A DNA stretch of 64,000 nucleotides, from contig CBDCZH010000010.1 in the NCBI GenBank assembly GCA_965224485.1, positions 160,001-224,000 of the forward strand, in the 5' to 3' direction. Position numbers and translations under genes: made by a program. Below, piece by piece: positions 52,064 to 63,069 of this stretch; position 1 is the stretch's first letter; each line of letters begins with the position of its first letter. The DNA is from Arcobacteraceae bacterium (GTDB lineage Bacteria > Campylobacterota > Campylobacteria > Campylobacterales > Arcobacteraceae). Below the pieces are notes generated by a model, which ran no database searches, had not been told where the DNA came from, and saw only the letters and a program-made list of their open reading frames with translations.

Positions 52064-52766
52064 GCTAAAAGAAAATGCAATTTTTGTTGCAGATGCTCAC
52101 TATAATGAAAAAAGAGGTGAGTTTTTAATATTTTTAAAAAAAGTACAAAACTCATCTATACAAATCACCCAGCTTTTTTTAATGGGTGATATGTTTGATT
52201 TCTTATCTTCACAAAATTCTTATTTTATAAAAAAAAATCAAGAACTAATTGATTTGATAAATGAACTCTCATATAAGCATGAAGTCTTTTACTTAGAAGG
52301 AAATCATGACTATAATTTAGTAAAACTTTTTCCAAAAGTAAAAGTTTATACAAGAGCTTCTCAACCTGTATTAGCACAATACAATAATAAAACTATAGCT
52401 ATCTCACATGGTGATATTTTTGTAGATGATATGTTTTATGAAATGTTTTGTAAAGTTATTAGAAACAAGATTTTTTTAAAATTTTTAAATATTATAGATA
52501 TAAATAATATGCTTTCAAAAAAAGTATATTACTCATTGCTTGAAAAGGATATCTGTCATAAAATTGATAATTTTAAAGAAATTACACAAAAACGCCTTAA
52601 GTATTATTCTAGTGATATTATAATAGAAGGACATTTTCATCAAGGAAATGAGTATATCTTTAAAGATAAAAGGTATAAAAATATTCCTTCTTTAACATGT
52701 TCAAAACAATATACAAAATTAAAAGATAATGTTTTTATTGAAATAGATTTAAAAAAGGATTTATAA
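52053..52766 (+). CDS. lpxH: UDP-2,3-diacylglucosamine diphosphatase (metallophosphoesterase)
   Basis: ADAH, MGDMFD, EGNHD, HGD, GHFH; start at ATG 52053 or TTG 52047. Confidence 0.8.
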   Translation: MCLKLKENAIFVADAHYNEKRGEFLIFLKKVQNSSIQITQLFLMGDMFDFLSSQNSYFIKKNQELIDLINELSYKHEVFYLEGNHDYNLVKLFPKVKVYTRASQPVLAQYNNKTIAISHGDIFVDDMFYEMFCKVIRNKIFLKFLNIIDINNMLSKKVYYSLLEKDICHKIDNFKEITQKRLKYYSSDIIIEGHFHQGNEYIFKDKRYKNIPSLTCSKQYTKLKDNVFIEIDLKKDL

Positions 52767-54739
52767 TAGCAAAGTTTGAAGTAGTTAGTGCATACTCCCC
52801 AGCAGGTGATCAACCAGAGGCTATAAAAAAATTAAGTGATTCTATTTTAAGTGGTAATCAATACAATACTCTAAAAGGAGTAACGGGTTCTGGTAAAACG
52901 TTTACTATGGCTAAAGTTATTGAAAAAACACAAAAACCAACCTTGATTATGACTCATAATAAAACACTAGCAGCCCAGTTATACTCAGAATTTAAGCAGT
53001 TTTTCCCAAATAATCATGTTGAATATTTTATATCTTATTATGATTATTATCAACCAGAAGCTTATATACCAAGAACTGATTTATTTATTGAAAAAGATAG
53101 CTCAATTAATGAAGAGTTAGAGAGATTAAGACTAAGTGCAACTTCTTCTTTATTATCTTTTGATGATGTTATCGTTGTAGCCTCAGTATCTGCTAACTAT
53201 GGATTAGGGAACCCTGAAGAGTATAAAAAAATGGTTCAAAAACTTGAAGTTGGTTTTGAATACTCGCAAAGGACTCTTTTACTTAAATTAGTTGAAATGG
53301 GTTATAAAAGAAATGATAAATTTTTTGATAGAAGTGATTTTAGAGTAAATGGTGATGTAATTGATATTTATCCTGCTTATTATGAAGATGAGTTTATAAG
53401 AGTTGAGTTTTTTACAGATGAGGTTGAAAGTATTACAAAACATCAGTATTTAACAAATGAGAAAAATCAAAAACTTGAAGAAGTTACTATTTATTCTGTT
53501 AATCCTTTTGTTGTTTCAAATGATAAGTTAGCAATTGCTGTTAAACTAATAGAAGAAGAGTTAGATGATAGACTTAAAGATCTAAAACAAAATGATCAAT
53601 TAGTTGAGTATCAAAGACTAAAACAAAGAGTTGAATTTGATTTAGAAATGATTGAAGGTACTGGCATGTGTAAGGGTATTGAAAATTATGCAAGATATTT
53701 AACAGGACAAGAAGCAGGGGAAACCCCTTACTCTTTGATGAACTATTTTGAACAAATTGGAAAAGACTTCTTACTAATTGTTGATGAGTCTCATGTTTCT
53801 TTGCCTCAATTTAGAGGTATGCATGCAGCTGATAGAAGTAGAAAAGAGACCTTAGTTAATTATGGTTTTAGACTTCCAAGTGCTTTAGACAATAGACCTT
53901 TGAAATTTGATGAGTTTATAGCTAAAGCTCCAAGTTTTCTTTTTGTAAGCGCAACTCCAAATGAGCTTGAACTTGATTTATCAAGCGAAATAGCAGAACA
54001 AGTTATAAGACCAACTGGATTATTAGACCCTACTATTGAAATAATGGATTCAGAGTTTCAAGTTGAAAAACTTCATGATGAGATAAAAAAAGTAGCTGCT
54101 AAAAATGAAAGAGTATTAGTAACTGTATTAACTAAAAAAATGGCAGAAGAGTTAACTACTTATTATGCAGATTTAGGAATAAGAATTCGATATATGCATA
54201 GTGATATTGATGCAATTCAGAGAAACCAAATTATTAGAGATTTAAGACTAGGTAAGTTTGATGTTTTAGTTGGAATTAATCTCTTAAGAGAAGGATTAGA
54301 TATTCCAGAAACTTCTTTAGTTGCTATTCTAGATGCAGATAAAGAGGGATTTTTACGTTCACGTACTTCTTTGATTCAAACAATGGGAAGAGGGGCAAGA
54401 AATGAAAATGGAAGAGTTATTTTATTTGCAAAAAGAATAACAGCTTCTATGCAGTATGCAATTGATGAAACAAATAGAAGAAGAGTGATTCAAGACACAC
54501 ATAATAAGAAACATGGAATAACTCCAAGAAGTACAAAAAGAGCCCTAGATGGTAGCTTAAAACTTGAAGAGTATGATGATTTAGCTTGGAAAAAAGTAAA
54601 AATTGAGAAAATGCCAGCTTCTGAGCGGAAGAAGATTTTAATAGAGTTAAATGCTAAGATGAAAAAAGCAGCACATGATTTACACTTCGAAGAAGCGATA
54701 AGAATAAGAGACGAAATAGAAAAAATAAAAAAAATATAG
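52766..54739 (+). CDS. uvrB: Excinuclease ABC subunit B
   Basis: The conserved N-terminus ([19 protein letters not shown]...GVTGSGKT) lies upstream of the track's ATG 52907; apparent ATA start at 52766; [12 protein letters not shown]. Confidence 0.97.
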   Translation: MAKFEVVSAYSPAGDQPEAIKKLSDSILSGNQYNTLKGVTGSGKTFTMAKVIEKTQKPTLIMTHNKTLAAQLYSEFKQFFPNNHVEYFISYYDYYQPEAYIPRTDLFIEKDSSINEELERLRLSATSSLLSFDDVIVVASVSANYGLGNPEEYKKMVQKLEVGFEYSQRTLLLKLVEMGYKRNDKFFDRSDFRVNGDVIDIYPAYYEDEFIRVEFFTDEVESITKHQYLTNEKNQKLEEVTIYSVNPFVVSNDKLAIAVKLIEEELDDRLKDLKQNDQLVEYQRLKQRVEFDLEMIEGTGMCKGIENYARYLTGQEAGETPYSLMNYFEQIGKDFLLIVDESHVSLPQFRGMHAADRSRKETLVNYGFRLPSALDNRPLKFDEFIAKAPSFLFVSATPNELELDLSSEIAEQVIRPTGLLDPTIEIMDSEFQVEKLHDEIKKVAAKNERVLVTVLTKKMAEELTTYYADLGIRIRYMHSDIDAIQRNQIIRDLRLGKFDVLVGINLLREGLDIPETSLVAILDADKEGFLRSRTSLIQTMGRGARNENGRVILFAKRITASMQYAIDETNRRRVIQDTHNKKHGITPRSTKRALDGSLKLEEYDDLAWKKVKIEKMPASERKKILIELNAKMKKAAHDLHFEEAIRIRDEIEKIKKI

Positions 54740-54850
54740 TTATAAAATATCATCTTTTAAAAAATCTATGCGTTGAATCTTTATTTTTAATGCTCATGTA
54801 CTAGTTGTACACTGCGCTTAAAAATAAAGCTCCGCCTTGATATTTTATAA
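54740..54850. repeat. MITE/REP-like nested palindromic element
   Basis: 13-bp outer IR (54740-54752/54838-54850), 12-bp inner IR (54779-54790/54818-54829), TGTAC/GTACA core. Confidence 0.7.
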
Positions 54851-54874
54851 AACCTAATATTTTCTAACTATATT

Positions 54875-55561
54875 TTACTCTACACTTAATTTTAAAGTAT
54901 CATTAATTTTACTAGTTTTAATTAACATTGTAATATCTCTAATATCTCCGATATTTAATATTAATGCCTTATCTAAAGTATTTGTTGATATTAAAAATCT
55001 ATATTCATTTTGATGTTTAAAAATATTTCTTTTTTTGAAAATTGATTCTTCTTTTGAAAAAGAACCATTAAAAGTTAATGGATTATAATAATCAACTAAC
55101 TTGGCTCTTAATCCATAATTTTCTTTTTTAATAGCTTTCTTTATTCGTTTAATAAATTCTTTTCCATTAGTAACTATTACAGAATAATCGCCTAACAATA
55201 AACAGTCATTGTCTAATTTTATTTTTTTATTTACTTTATCAATATTTTTTTCTGTAATATTTATAAAATCACCACTGTTGATAGCATACATGCAAAAAAT
55301 ATTCAAGTTATCCATATATGGTCTCTGAAAAGTTACTTGTCCTACCAAATCTTTTAAAGCATGATTGTTTAGTTCTATATTTACCTTATCTGCTTGGTAG
55401 CTAGCTGAGATTGCCTCAAGTTCATCTTTTCTATTTATATCAGAGTTATCAGATATTTTTTTAAAATATGAAAGTTTATTAGCATATAATTTGCCTTTCA
55501 TAAAATCAGATGCATACTTCTTTTTATTAAATACTTTTAATAGTGCAAATATTTTTACCAT
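54875..55561 (-). CDS. Hypothetical protein, remotely DUF2971-like
   Basis: GKLYANKLSYF, IFCMY, FKK...FKHQNEYRF; AAAGG RBS. Confidence 0.7.
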   Translation of the reverse strand: MVKIFALLKVFNKKKYASDFMKGKLYANKLSYFKKISDNSDINRKDELEAISASYQADKVNIELNNHALKDLVGQVTFQRPYMDNLNIFCMYAINSGDFINITEKNIDKVNKKIKLDNDCLLLGDYSVIVTNGKEFIKRIKKAIKKENYGLRAKLVDYYNPLTFNGSFSKEESIFKKRNIFKHQNEYRFLISTNTLDKALILNIGDIRDITMLIKTSKINDTLKLSVE

Positions 55562-55634
55562 CAGATACCTTTATTACTTTTGTATAGTTGTTGATTATAA
55601 CTTTAAATTAATAAAAATATATTACAATAGTATA

Positions 55635-56279
55635 ATGAAAAAAGCTACTATAAAAGAGATACAGATTATTAAAGAGGCTTTTGTTGAAAAGTACTCAGAT
55701 GCTGTTACTGAACTAACTTATAAAAATGATTATGAACTATTGATTGCTATAATATTAAGTGCTCAGTGTACTGATAAGAGGGTTAATATTATTACTCCTG
55801 CTTTATTTTTAAAATACCCAGGTGTTTTTGATTTGGCAGAGGCTTCTTTGGATGAGGTTAAGGATTTATTGAAATCTTGTTCATTTTTTAATAATAAGTC
55901 TAAAAATATTATTAAAATGGCAAATAGGGTAATTGATAATTTTGAAGGTAATATTCCTCATGTTCAAAAAGACCTTATGTGCTTAGCTGGTGTTGGGAAC
56001 AAAACTGCTAATGTTTTTATGATTGAGAGTGAGGGGGCAAATTTAATGGCTGTTGATACTCATGTATTTAGAGTTTCACATCGTTTGGGTTTAAGTGATG
56101 GTAAAACAGTTACTCAAACAGAAGAGCATTTAGTTAAAAAACTCAAAGATGATTTGCATATTTTTCATCAAGCTATGGTTTTATTTGGACGTTATACTTG
56201 CAAGGCTATAAAACCAGATTGTGACTCCTGTATGTTCCCTGAGGTTTGTAAAACTACAAGAAGTTTTAAACCTGCTTAG
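55635..56279 (+). CDS. nth: Endonuclease III
   Basis: ILSAQCTDKRVN, HhH LAGVGNKTA, VDTHVFR, CKAIKPDCDSC...C; start at ATG 55635. Confidence 0.97.
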   Translation: MKKATIKEIQIIKEAFVEKYSDAVTELTYKNDYELLIAIILSAQCTDKRVNIITPALFLKYPGVFDLAEASLDEVKDLLKSCSFFNNKSKNIIKMANRVIDNFEGNIPHVQKDLMCLAGVGNKTANVFMIESEGANLMAVDTHVFRVSHRLGLSDGKTVTQTEEHLVKKLKDDLHIFHQAMVLFGRYTCKAIKPDCDSCMFPEVCKTTRSFKPA

Positions 56280-56300
56280 GGCCAAGTCTTTAACTTAAAT

Positions 56301-56711
56301 TTACTTATTTTTACAAGTTTCTTTAAAAGAAGAGAAGTTTGTAAAAATATACTCATCTTGAATCTTTTTAACAAGAACTTTATTTGAAGTACAAACAAGT
56401 TCTTTTCCATCTTTTTTAATTATATAATCAAATTTATAGATGAAATTAATCTCAGAAGTAATATTTTTATTATTTAATCTTTCATAAGAAAGTTTTAAAA
56501 TTTCTATATTTTTTTCATCTTGGTATTTTTTCATAAATAAACTTGGAATTTTATTTTCTTTTTTATCTAAAAATATTTCTGTTATTATTACTGATAAAAC
56601 AATAATTACTAGTAAAATAATAAACTCTTTACTTGCGAATTTATTGTTTATTTTATAAATTATTAAAGCTAAAATACTTATAAGTATTAAAGCCAAAAGT
56701 ATTATTTGCAT
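56301..56711 (-). CDS. Hypothetical membrane protein (136 aa)
   Basis: Two N-terminal TM segments; overlaps the upstream ORF. Confidence 0.7.
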   Translation of the reverse strand: MQIILLALILISILALIIYKINNKFASKEFIILLVIIVLSVIITEIFLDKKENKIPSLFMKKYQDEKNIEILKLSYERLNNKNITSEINFIYKFDYIIKKDGKELVCTSNKVLVKKIQDEYIFTNFSSFKETCKNK

Positions 56712-56944
56712 TTATTTACCTTTAGTTTATTTTTGAAATCATTTGAAGACAAATATTTTGAAGAAGATGTATTTTCTTTTATAAGTTTTTGCTTATATTT
56801 ACTCTTTGATATATATTTAGTTTGTGATTCTAAATTTTGTTTATCTTCTATTATATTTTTTATAAGTCCAGCTTTTAAATTATTTAATATATTTAAAACT
56901 GTGCTTAAATTTTTATCTTCTATTTCTAAATGTATTTTAGCCAT
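56702..56944 (-). CDS. Hypothetical protein (80 aa)
   Basis: AAGGG RBS and TATAAT upstream. Confidence 0.65.
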   Translation of the reverse strand: MAKIHLEIEDKNLSTVLNILNNLKAGLIKNIIEDKQNLESQTKYISKSKYKQKLIKENTSSSKYLSSNDFKNKLKVNKCK

Positions 56945-56988
56945 TTAAACCCTTTTTTAACTTTGATGAGATTATATCTTTTTCTGAT

Positions 56989-57017
56989 TTAACTAATAAT
57001 TAACAATAAATTAACAA
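56989..57017 (+). promoter_or_regulatory. Triple TTAAC direct repeat (11-bp period) upstream of the TonB receptor
   Basis: TTAAC at 56989, 57000 and 57011. Confidence 0.55.
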
Positions 57018-57059
57018 ATCTTTGAAATAATACTAATTATTTTATTTAAGGAAAAATTT

Positions 57060-59060
57060 ATGAAAAAATCTGTTATTTTATTATCCTTAGTAAGCTTTGT
57101 TTTACTTGCTAATGATACAGTACAATTACCTCTTGTAGAGATTACTGAGAGTATAAATACTAAAATAGTTAAAAATGTTTCTAGTGAAGAGATTAAATCT
57201 GCTGATTTAGCTGAAGCCTTGGAAAAAAATATTGCTTCTATTTCACTTGTGCGAAGAAGTGGTATAGCAAATGATATTATTTTAAGAGGTCAAAAAAGAG
57301 ATAATATCAATGTTACTATTGATGGTGCTAAAATTTATGGTGCTTGTCCAAATAGAATGGATCCTCCAACTTCTCATATTTTAACTAATAATGTTAATGA
57401 AGTTATTGTTCAAGAAGGTCCTTTTGATGTTGAAGATTTTGGGGTTTTAAGTGGAAGTGTAAAAATCAAAACTAAAAAACCAACAAAAGAGTTAAAAGGT
57501 GAAGTTAATATTAATGTGGGAAGTTTCTCATATAAAAAAGCTTCTGCTACAATTTCTGGTGGAAACAAGAGTGTTCAAGGTTTATTATCAATTTCTAGCG
57601 AAAATGGTGATCAGTATAAAGATGGAGCAGGGAATACATTAAGCCAACAAGCTGATAATTACTCAAATCCTATGAATAAATATAAGACTAAATATAAAGA
57701 AATGAGATCATTTGAGAAAAAAACACTTTTAGGTAAAGTTAATTTTAACATTAATGATAATCATAATATATTATTATCTTATACTGCAAATAGAAGTGAT
57801 AGTATTTTATATTCAAATACTCCTATGGATGCTTTATATGATGACTCTGATATTTTCACTTTAAATTATACTGCTTTAAATTTATCTAGTTTTTCTAAAG
57901 AATTTAATATTAATTTATATAATTCAAAAGTAGATCACCCTATGTCTACAAAATTTAGAAATGCTTCAGGTGCTAATGCTTTTAAAGAAGTTATAAATGA
58001 CTTAAGTACTTCAACAAGTGGCGCTAAAATTAAAAATAGTATGGATATTAAAAATACTGTATTTACTTATGGTTTAGATATGAGTAAGAGAAACTGGGAT
58101 GGAGAGTTTAAAACTATTGGTATGATGGCTATGCATAATGGTAAAAAATCTATTGATGATGTAGATACTACAAATAAAGCACTATTTATAAAAGCAAGTA
58201 CAAAATTTGATAAATTAGCTTTAGATTATGGTTTAAGATATGACAAAACTGATATAGATACTGCTTCAAATTTACAAGATAATGATTATAAATCTTTAAG
58301 TGGAAATATTTTTGCAATTTATAATGTAGATGATAGTTTAAGATATTTTGCAGGTATTGGAAAATCAGCAAGAGTTCCAGATGCAAGAGAATTATATTTT
58401 TATCATTTTAAGAATAATAGAAAAATTGGAACTCCTACTTTAAATCAAACAAAAAATTATGAAATTGATTTAGGTTTTGAAAAAGTTATTGGTGACTTTC
58501 AGTGTTAAAACAAAAGTGTTTTATTCAAAGTTAAAAGATTATATTTATTATAATTCTAAGTTATCTAAGAATAATTTTGAAAACATAGATGCCAAAGATT
58601 TATGGAATTAGAAGTTTCTGGATTATATTTTATAAACGATAATTTTACTTTTGATTATTCTCTTGCTTATCAAAGAGGAAAAAAAGATAAAGTGTTAAAA
58701 AATCAAAGTGATAAAGACTTAGCTGATATTAATCCTTTAAAAATGAATCTTGGATTAACTTATGAACAAAATAAGCATTTGTTAAAAGTAGATGTTCAAG
58801 CTAGTGATTCTTGGGACAAATTTGATTCTGATAATGGCGAGCAAAAACTTTCAGGTTATGCACTTCTAAATTTAAAGTATAATAACAAACTTAGTAAAAA
58901 CTTTGATATAACTTTTGGAATGGACAATGTTTTTGATAAGAATTATGCTTCAAGTAATACATATAAAGATCTGACATTAATTTCTGCTGGTGGAAGTGAC
59001 ACAATGTTGTTAAATAACCCAGGTAGATATATTTATACAAATATTAGATATAGATTCTAA
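57060..59060 (+). pseudogene. TonB-dependent receptor, OprC-like (copper), interrupted by apparent indels at 58497-58607
   Basis: Plug motif GACPNRMDPP; C-terminal NPGRYIYTNIRYRF; both ORF pieces are in the same frame. Confidence 0.88.
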
Positions 59061-59086
59061 AAAAAGATTAGGAGAGTTTAACTCTC

Positions 59087-60316
59087 TTAATCAAAACTCA
59101 TTTGAACTTGTGTTTGTCCAGTACTTCCAAACTCTATATCAATATCTTTTGCAATTTGCATAAAATCTATTCCTTGAACAGTTTTAAGACTTTTAAGTAT
59201 CTCTTTTTTACCAGATATTAACTCTCTTGATTTAATGCCGTGAGAGATTGATAAAGAAGCTTCAACAAAAGCAGATAACTTATCACACTGTTTTAAAGCA
59301 AGTCCATCAACAGCATTGTATTTGTCCATATTATAGGCACTTAAACCACCACTTATTACTTCTATTTCATCTTTATAAATTCTATCAACGAATTCATCTT
59401 TTTCATCTTTATTAATTCCAATTAAATATTTAAACTCATTTAAGATTGAGCTTGGAATATTTGGAAAAATATCTTCTTCCATTCTTTGTATTTCAAATTC
59501 TGAAATGATATCTGATAAGTCATCAACTGAATATTTTACAGGTGAGATTATATCTCTTGTTAAAGCTTCAGGTAAATCATGAAAAAGTGCAGTAAAAAAG
59601 TTGTTTTGTAATCTTTTATTACAGGCTTTTACATCAATAGAGTAAAAATAAGAAAAAAGTGCAACTGTTAGCATATGACCTAAAACTGATGTTTGAGGAA
59701 CTCTTGGTGTTTGAGCCCATCTAGCTTGAAATCTCAATCTTCCACTTAAATCAATTACTTTTGCAAGTTTTTTATTTAAAGCAATTTTTCGTACACCTAT
59801 CAACTCATAATAATCTTCAATCTCTTCATCTACACTTTTTTTAACTTCTTCTATATCTGATAAAAACTGGCTTGTTTGATAAACAATTGAGAACTCCCAT
59901 TTTGTCGCAAGATAAGAAGCTGCTTTTAAAATAAATCTTTCTTTTTTATACATAGTAGGATCATTTAAATAATCTTCAAACTTTCTTAAAAAATTACCAT
60001 CATCTATATTTTCAAGAGAGCTTTTTAGTTTTGAAACTACCCAAGCATTTATCTCTTTTTCTTTTTTTTGTAAAGCTTGTCTAAAAACATCTGGTCTAAT
60101 ATCTGTTACAACAACTCTTCTTAAGAACTCAAAAATACCAGCTTCTATCAAGTGAGTAAAATTTATGTCTTTTTCAAGTTTTGCAATAAAAAAAGCAATA
60201 ATAAATTTGTGAGCTTGTTTATCTAGCTCAACTAAATCGACCATACGTGGATAATCATTCCATCTTTGTATTGAAGCAGAAGTAAAAATATACTCAATTA
60301 TTTTAGGATTAATCAT
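59087..60316 (-). CDS. HD-domain protein (tandem YfbR-like domains)
   Basis: QRWND, RFQARW, SVLGH, LFHDLPE, CDKLSAF. Confidence 0.85.
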   Translation of the reverse strand: MINPKIIEYIFTSASIQRWNDYPRMVDLVELDKQAHKFIIAFFIAKLEKDINFTHLIEAGIFEFLRRVVVTDIRPDVFRQALQKKEKEINAWVVSKLKSSLENIDDGNFLRKFEDYLNDPTMYKKERFILKAASYLATKWEFSIVYQTSQFLSDIEEVKKSVDEEIEDYYELIGVRKIALNKKLAKVIDLSGRLRFQARWAQTPRVPQTSVLGHMLTVALFSYFYSIDVKACNKRLQNNFFTALFHDLPEALTRDIISPVKYSVDDLSDIISEFEIQRMEEDIFPNIPSSILNEFKYLIGINKDEKDEFVDRIYKDEIEVISGGLSAYNMDKYNAVDGLALKQCDKLSAFVEASLSISHGIKSRELISGKKEILKSLKTVQGIDFMQIAKDIDIEFGSTGQTQVQMSFD

Positions 60317-60446
60317 TTTTACTCTTTTTATTATCTTGTTTTTTTATATTCTCTATTTTATCACCTCTTGCGATTAAGTACTTTCCTAACATCATAAGAG
60401 CAACAACTAGACCTACAACAACATATGCTACCCATGGTTCTCTCAT
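60309..60446 (-). CDS. Small single-TM protein, 45 aa (MREPWVAYVVVGLVVALMMLGKYLIARGDKIENIKKQDNKKSKND)
   Basis: AAAGGA RBS; fills the rpiB-HD gap and overlaps the HD start; not in the ORF track. Confidence 0.7.
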   Translation of the reverse strand: MREPWVAYVVVGLVVALMMLGKYLIARGDKIENIKKQDNKKSKND

Positions 60447-60457
60447 AATATAATCCT

Positions 60458-60910
60458 TTACGATCTACAGCTGTGAGCTAAAGCATTTATTTTATTAACT
60501 CTTTGTTCATGTCTTCCTTTAGCAAAAGAAGAAGAACACCAAGCATTAATAATATTTTCAATCATTCCATAACCACTAACTCTTTCACCTAAGCAAATAA
60601 CATTAGCATCATTATGCTCTCTTGCCATTTTTGCTGAATATTCGTTATGACAAAGTGCTGCTCTAATATCTTTAAACTTATTAGCAGCCATACTCATTCC
60701 AATACCAGAACCACAAATTAATATTCCTTTAGAACCCTCATTTTTTAAAACTTCTTCACAAACTTTTGCTGCATAATCAGGATAATCAACTCTATCTTTA
60801 GTACTTGGTCCTAAATCAATTACTTCATGACCTTTTTTTTCAAAAAGCTCTTTAACATATGCTTTAATATCAATTCCAGCATGATCAGCACCTATAAAAT
60901 ATTTACTCAT
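60458..60910 (-). CDS. rpiB: Ribose-5-phosphate isomerase B
   Basis: GADHAG, DYPD, ICGSGIGMSMAANK, REHNDANV. Confidence 0.97.
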   Translation of the reverse strand: MSKYFIGADHAGIDIKAYVKELFEKKGHEVIDLGPSTKDRVDYPDYAAKVCEEVLKNEGSKGILICGSGIGMSMAANKFKDIRAALCHNEYSAKMAREHNDANVICLGERVSGYGMIENIINAWCSSSFAKGRHEQRVNKINALAHSCRS

Positions 60911-61695
60911 TAATATATTCCTTTTTCATGATTAAGTTCTATATTTTTACCTATCATGTCTTTTTCTAAAGATGAAACAGTTCTAAAAACTCTATCCCAT
61001 CTTATTTCTTTGTCTTTATTTATAGAAAAATAGATTAACCAAGGTGTTCCTACAATATATTTATATTTAACTGTTCCCCAAAATCTAGAATCATTTGAAT
61101 GATCTCTATTATCACCCATCATAAAATACTCACCTTGTGGAACTTGTATTGGCATCATGTCAAAGAGTTGCGAAGGTTGTCTTCCATCATTCTTAACATT
61201 TAAATCATTATGAATTCCTGGATGATCTTTTTTATATGGATTTACTAACCAAAGTCTATTTGCAAGTTCTATATAATCTTCTTTTTTATAATTATCTTTA
61301 ACATATTGGTTTCCTTCATGTGGATGAAGTAAAAGTTTTTTATCTTTTAATGCAAGTAAATCTCCACCAAGAGCAACACATCTCTTAACAAAATGAATTT
61401 TCTCATTTTTTGGATATCTAAAAACAACAATTTCACCACGTTTAGGTCCATCACCCTCTATTAAGTGACCATTGTCATTAAAGTCTGGTAATATTTTAAT
61501 CTCTAACCAAGGAATTCTAGGTGTTGGTATTCCATAAGAAAACTTCTTTACAAATAACATATCACCTATTAAAAGTGAGTTTTTCATACTTCCACTTGGA
61601 ATTATAAAAGATTGGGCAATAAAAGACATAATAAACAAAACAATTACAATTGTTCCTGGCCATGAGCTTGACCAATCATATAATTTTCTTAACAT
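60910..61695 (-). CDS. lepB: Signal peptidase I
   Basis: IPSGSM, FVKRC, MGDNRDHSNDSRFWG. Confidence 0.97.
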   Translation of the reverse strand: MLRKLYDWSSSWPGTIVIVLFIMSFIAQSFIIPSGSMKNSLLIGDMLFVKKFSYGIPTPRIPWLEIKILPDFNDNGHLIEGDGPKRGEIVVFRYPKNEKIHFVKRCVALGGDLLALKDKKLLLHPHEGNQYVKDNYKKEDYIELANRLWLVNPYKKDHPGIHNDLNVKNDGRQPSQLFDMMPIQVPQGEYFMMGDNRDHSNDSRFWGTVKYKYIVGTPWLIYFSINKDKEIRWDRVFRTVSSLEKDMIGKNIELNHEKGIY

Positions 61696-62558
61696 TAAAT
61701 AACTCTTTTCAATCTAAGTTTTGCAGCTTTAACTGTATTTTTTAATAACATTGCAATAGTCATAGGACCAACTCCACCTGGAACTGGAGTTATGTAAGAA
61801 CATTTATTTTTACAAGCCTCGAAATCAACATCACCTACAAGTTTTCCATTTTCTAATCTATTAATTCCAATATCAATAATAATGGCACCATCTTTTACCA
61901 TATCTTCTTTTATTAAATTAATAACACCAGTTCCTACGCAAATAATATCAGCAGCTAGGGTATGTGCTTTTAAATCTTTTGTTTTACTATTACAAATTTC
62001 AACAGTTGCTTTTGCATTTATAAGTAAAGAAGCCATAGGTTTTCCAACAATATCAGAAGCTCCAATAACACAAACATTTTTTCCAAGAACATCTATCTCA
62101 TACTCTTTTAATAAACGCATTACTCCAAAAGGAGTTGCTGGTAAGAAAGCATCAAGATTTAGAACCATTCTTCCTACATTGTAAGGGTGAAAACCATCAA
62201 CATCTTTTAGAGGATCAATTGCTTCTAGTATAATAGTTGTATCTATATGTTTAGGAAGTGGCAATTGAACTAATATTCCATCTAAATTTGGATTTTCATT
62301 CATTCTTTGAATAATATCTAAAATCTCTTCTTGAGTAATAGTATTAGGCATTTCATGAACAACTGAATAAATACCAGCATTTTTACAAGACTTAGCTTTC
62401 ATTCCAACATAAGTTGAGCTTGCAGGATCATTTCCAACTAAAATTACAGCAAGTCCTGGCACTATTTGTTGTTCATCTTGAAGTTCTTGCACTTCAACTT
62501 TTACTTCTTCTTTAATTTTGTTTGAAAGAGCTTTTCCGTCTAATATTTGATATTTCAC
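61695..62558 (-). CDS. folD: Bifunctional methylenetetrahydrofolate dehydrogenase/cyclohydrolase
   Basis: GILVQLPLP, KDVDGFHP, TPVPGGVGPMT. Confidence 0.98.
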   Translation of the reverse strand: MKYQILDGKALSNKIKEEVKVEVQELQDEQQIVPGLAVILVGNDPASSTYVGMKAKSCKNAGIYSVVHEMPNTITQEEILDIIQRMNENPNLDGILVQLPLPKHIDTTIILEAIDPLKDVDGFHPYNVGRMVLNLDAFLPATPFGVMRLLKEYEIDVLGKNVCVIGASDIVGKPMASLLINAKATVEICNSKTKDLKAHTLAADIICVGTGVINLIKEDMVKDGAIIIDIGINRLENGKLVGDVDFEACKNKCSYITPVPGGVGPMTIAMLLKNTVKAAKLRLKRVI

Positions 62559-62663
62559 AGTTTTCTCACTTTAGATGATTTTTTAAATACTTTAGAATAA
62601 CCTTATTAAGGTTTAAATTTAAGGTGCTATAATATCCAAAATCTATTTATATCAAGGTTAATA

Positions 62664-63017
62664 TTGAAATTAATAATTCTTTTGTTTCTTTGTATTACTA
62701 ATAGTTTAACACAAAACATAGATAACTCATTTATAACAAAGTTTGAATATGGAGCTATGTTATATAAGAATCCTAGAGGAATTGGTTGTAATAAATGCCA
62801 TAGTTTAGGAAATAAGAAGATTTTAATATCTAAGTATAAAGATAAAAAAAATATCACCCACTCTTTATTGGCCCCTCCCATTAACAAAGTTTCTTTCAAA
62901 ACTTTTAAAAAAAAATTAAAAGCAAGTAGATTTGAATCTTTAGTAATGCCTACATATTTTTTAACAAATGATGAAATGGAATCAATATATTATTATATTA
63001 CAAATTTAAATAAGTAA
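62664..63017 (+). CDS. Small c-type cytochrome
   Basis: Signal-like N-terminus, CNKCH, MPTYFLT. Confidence 0.85.
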   Translation: MKLIILLFLCITNSLTQNIDNSFITKFEYGAMLYKNPRGIGCNKCHSLGNKKILISKYKDKKNITHSLLAPPINKVSFKTFKKKLKASRFESLVMPTYFLTNDEMESIYYYITNLNK

Positions 63018-63069
63018 ACTCTAATTATTCTTTATGTATAATGCCCAACTTAAATTAAAAAGGATAATC

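Noticed and set aside
55491..55634. N-terminal extension of nth in the ORF track
   Set aside because: Overlaps the divergent gene and promoter; Nth similarity begins at ATG 55635.
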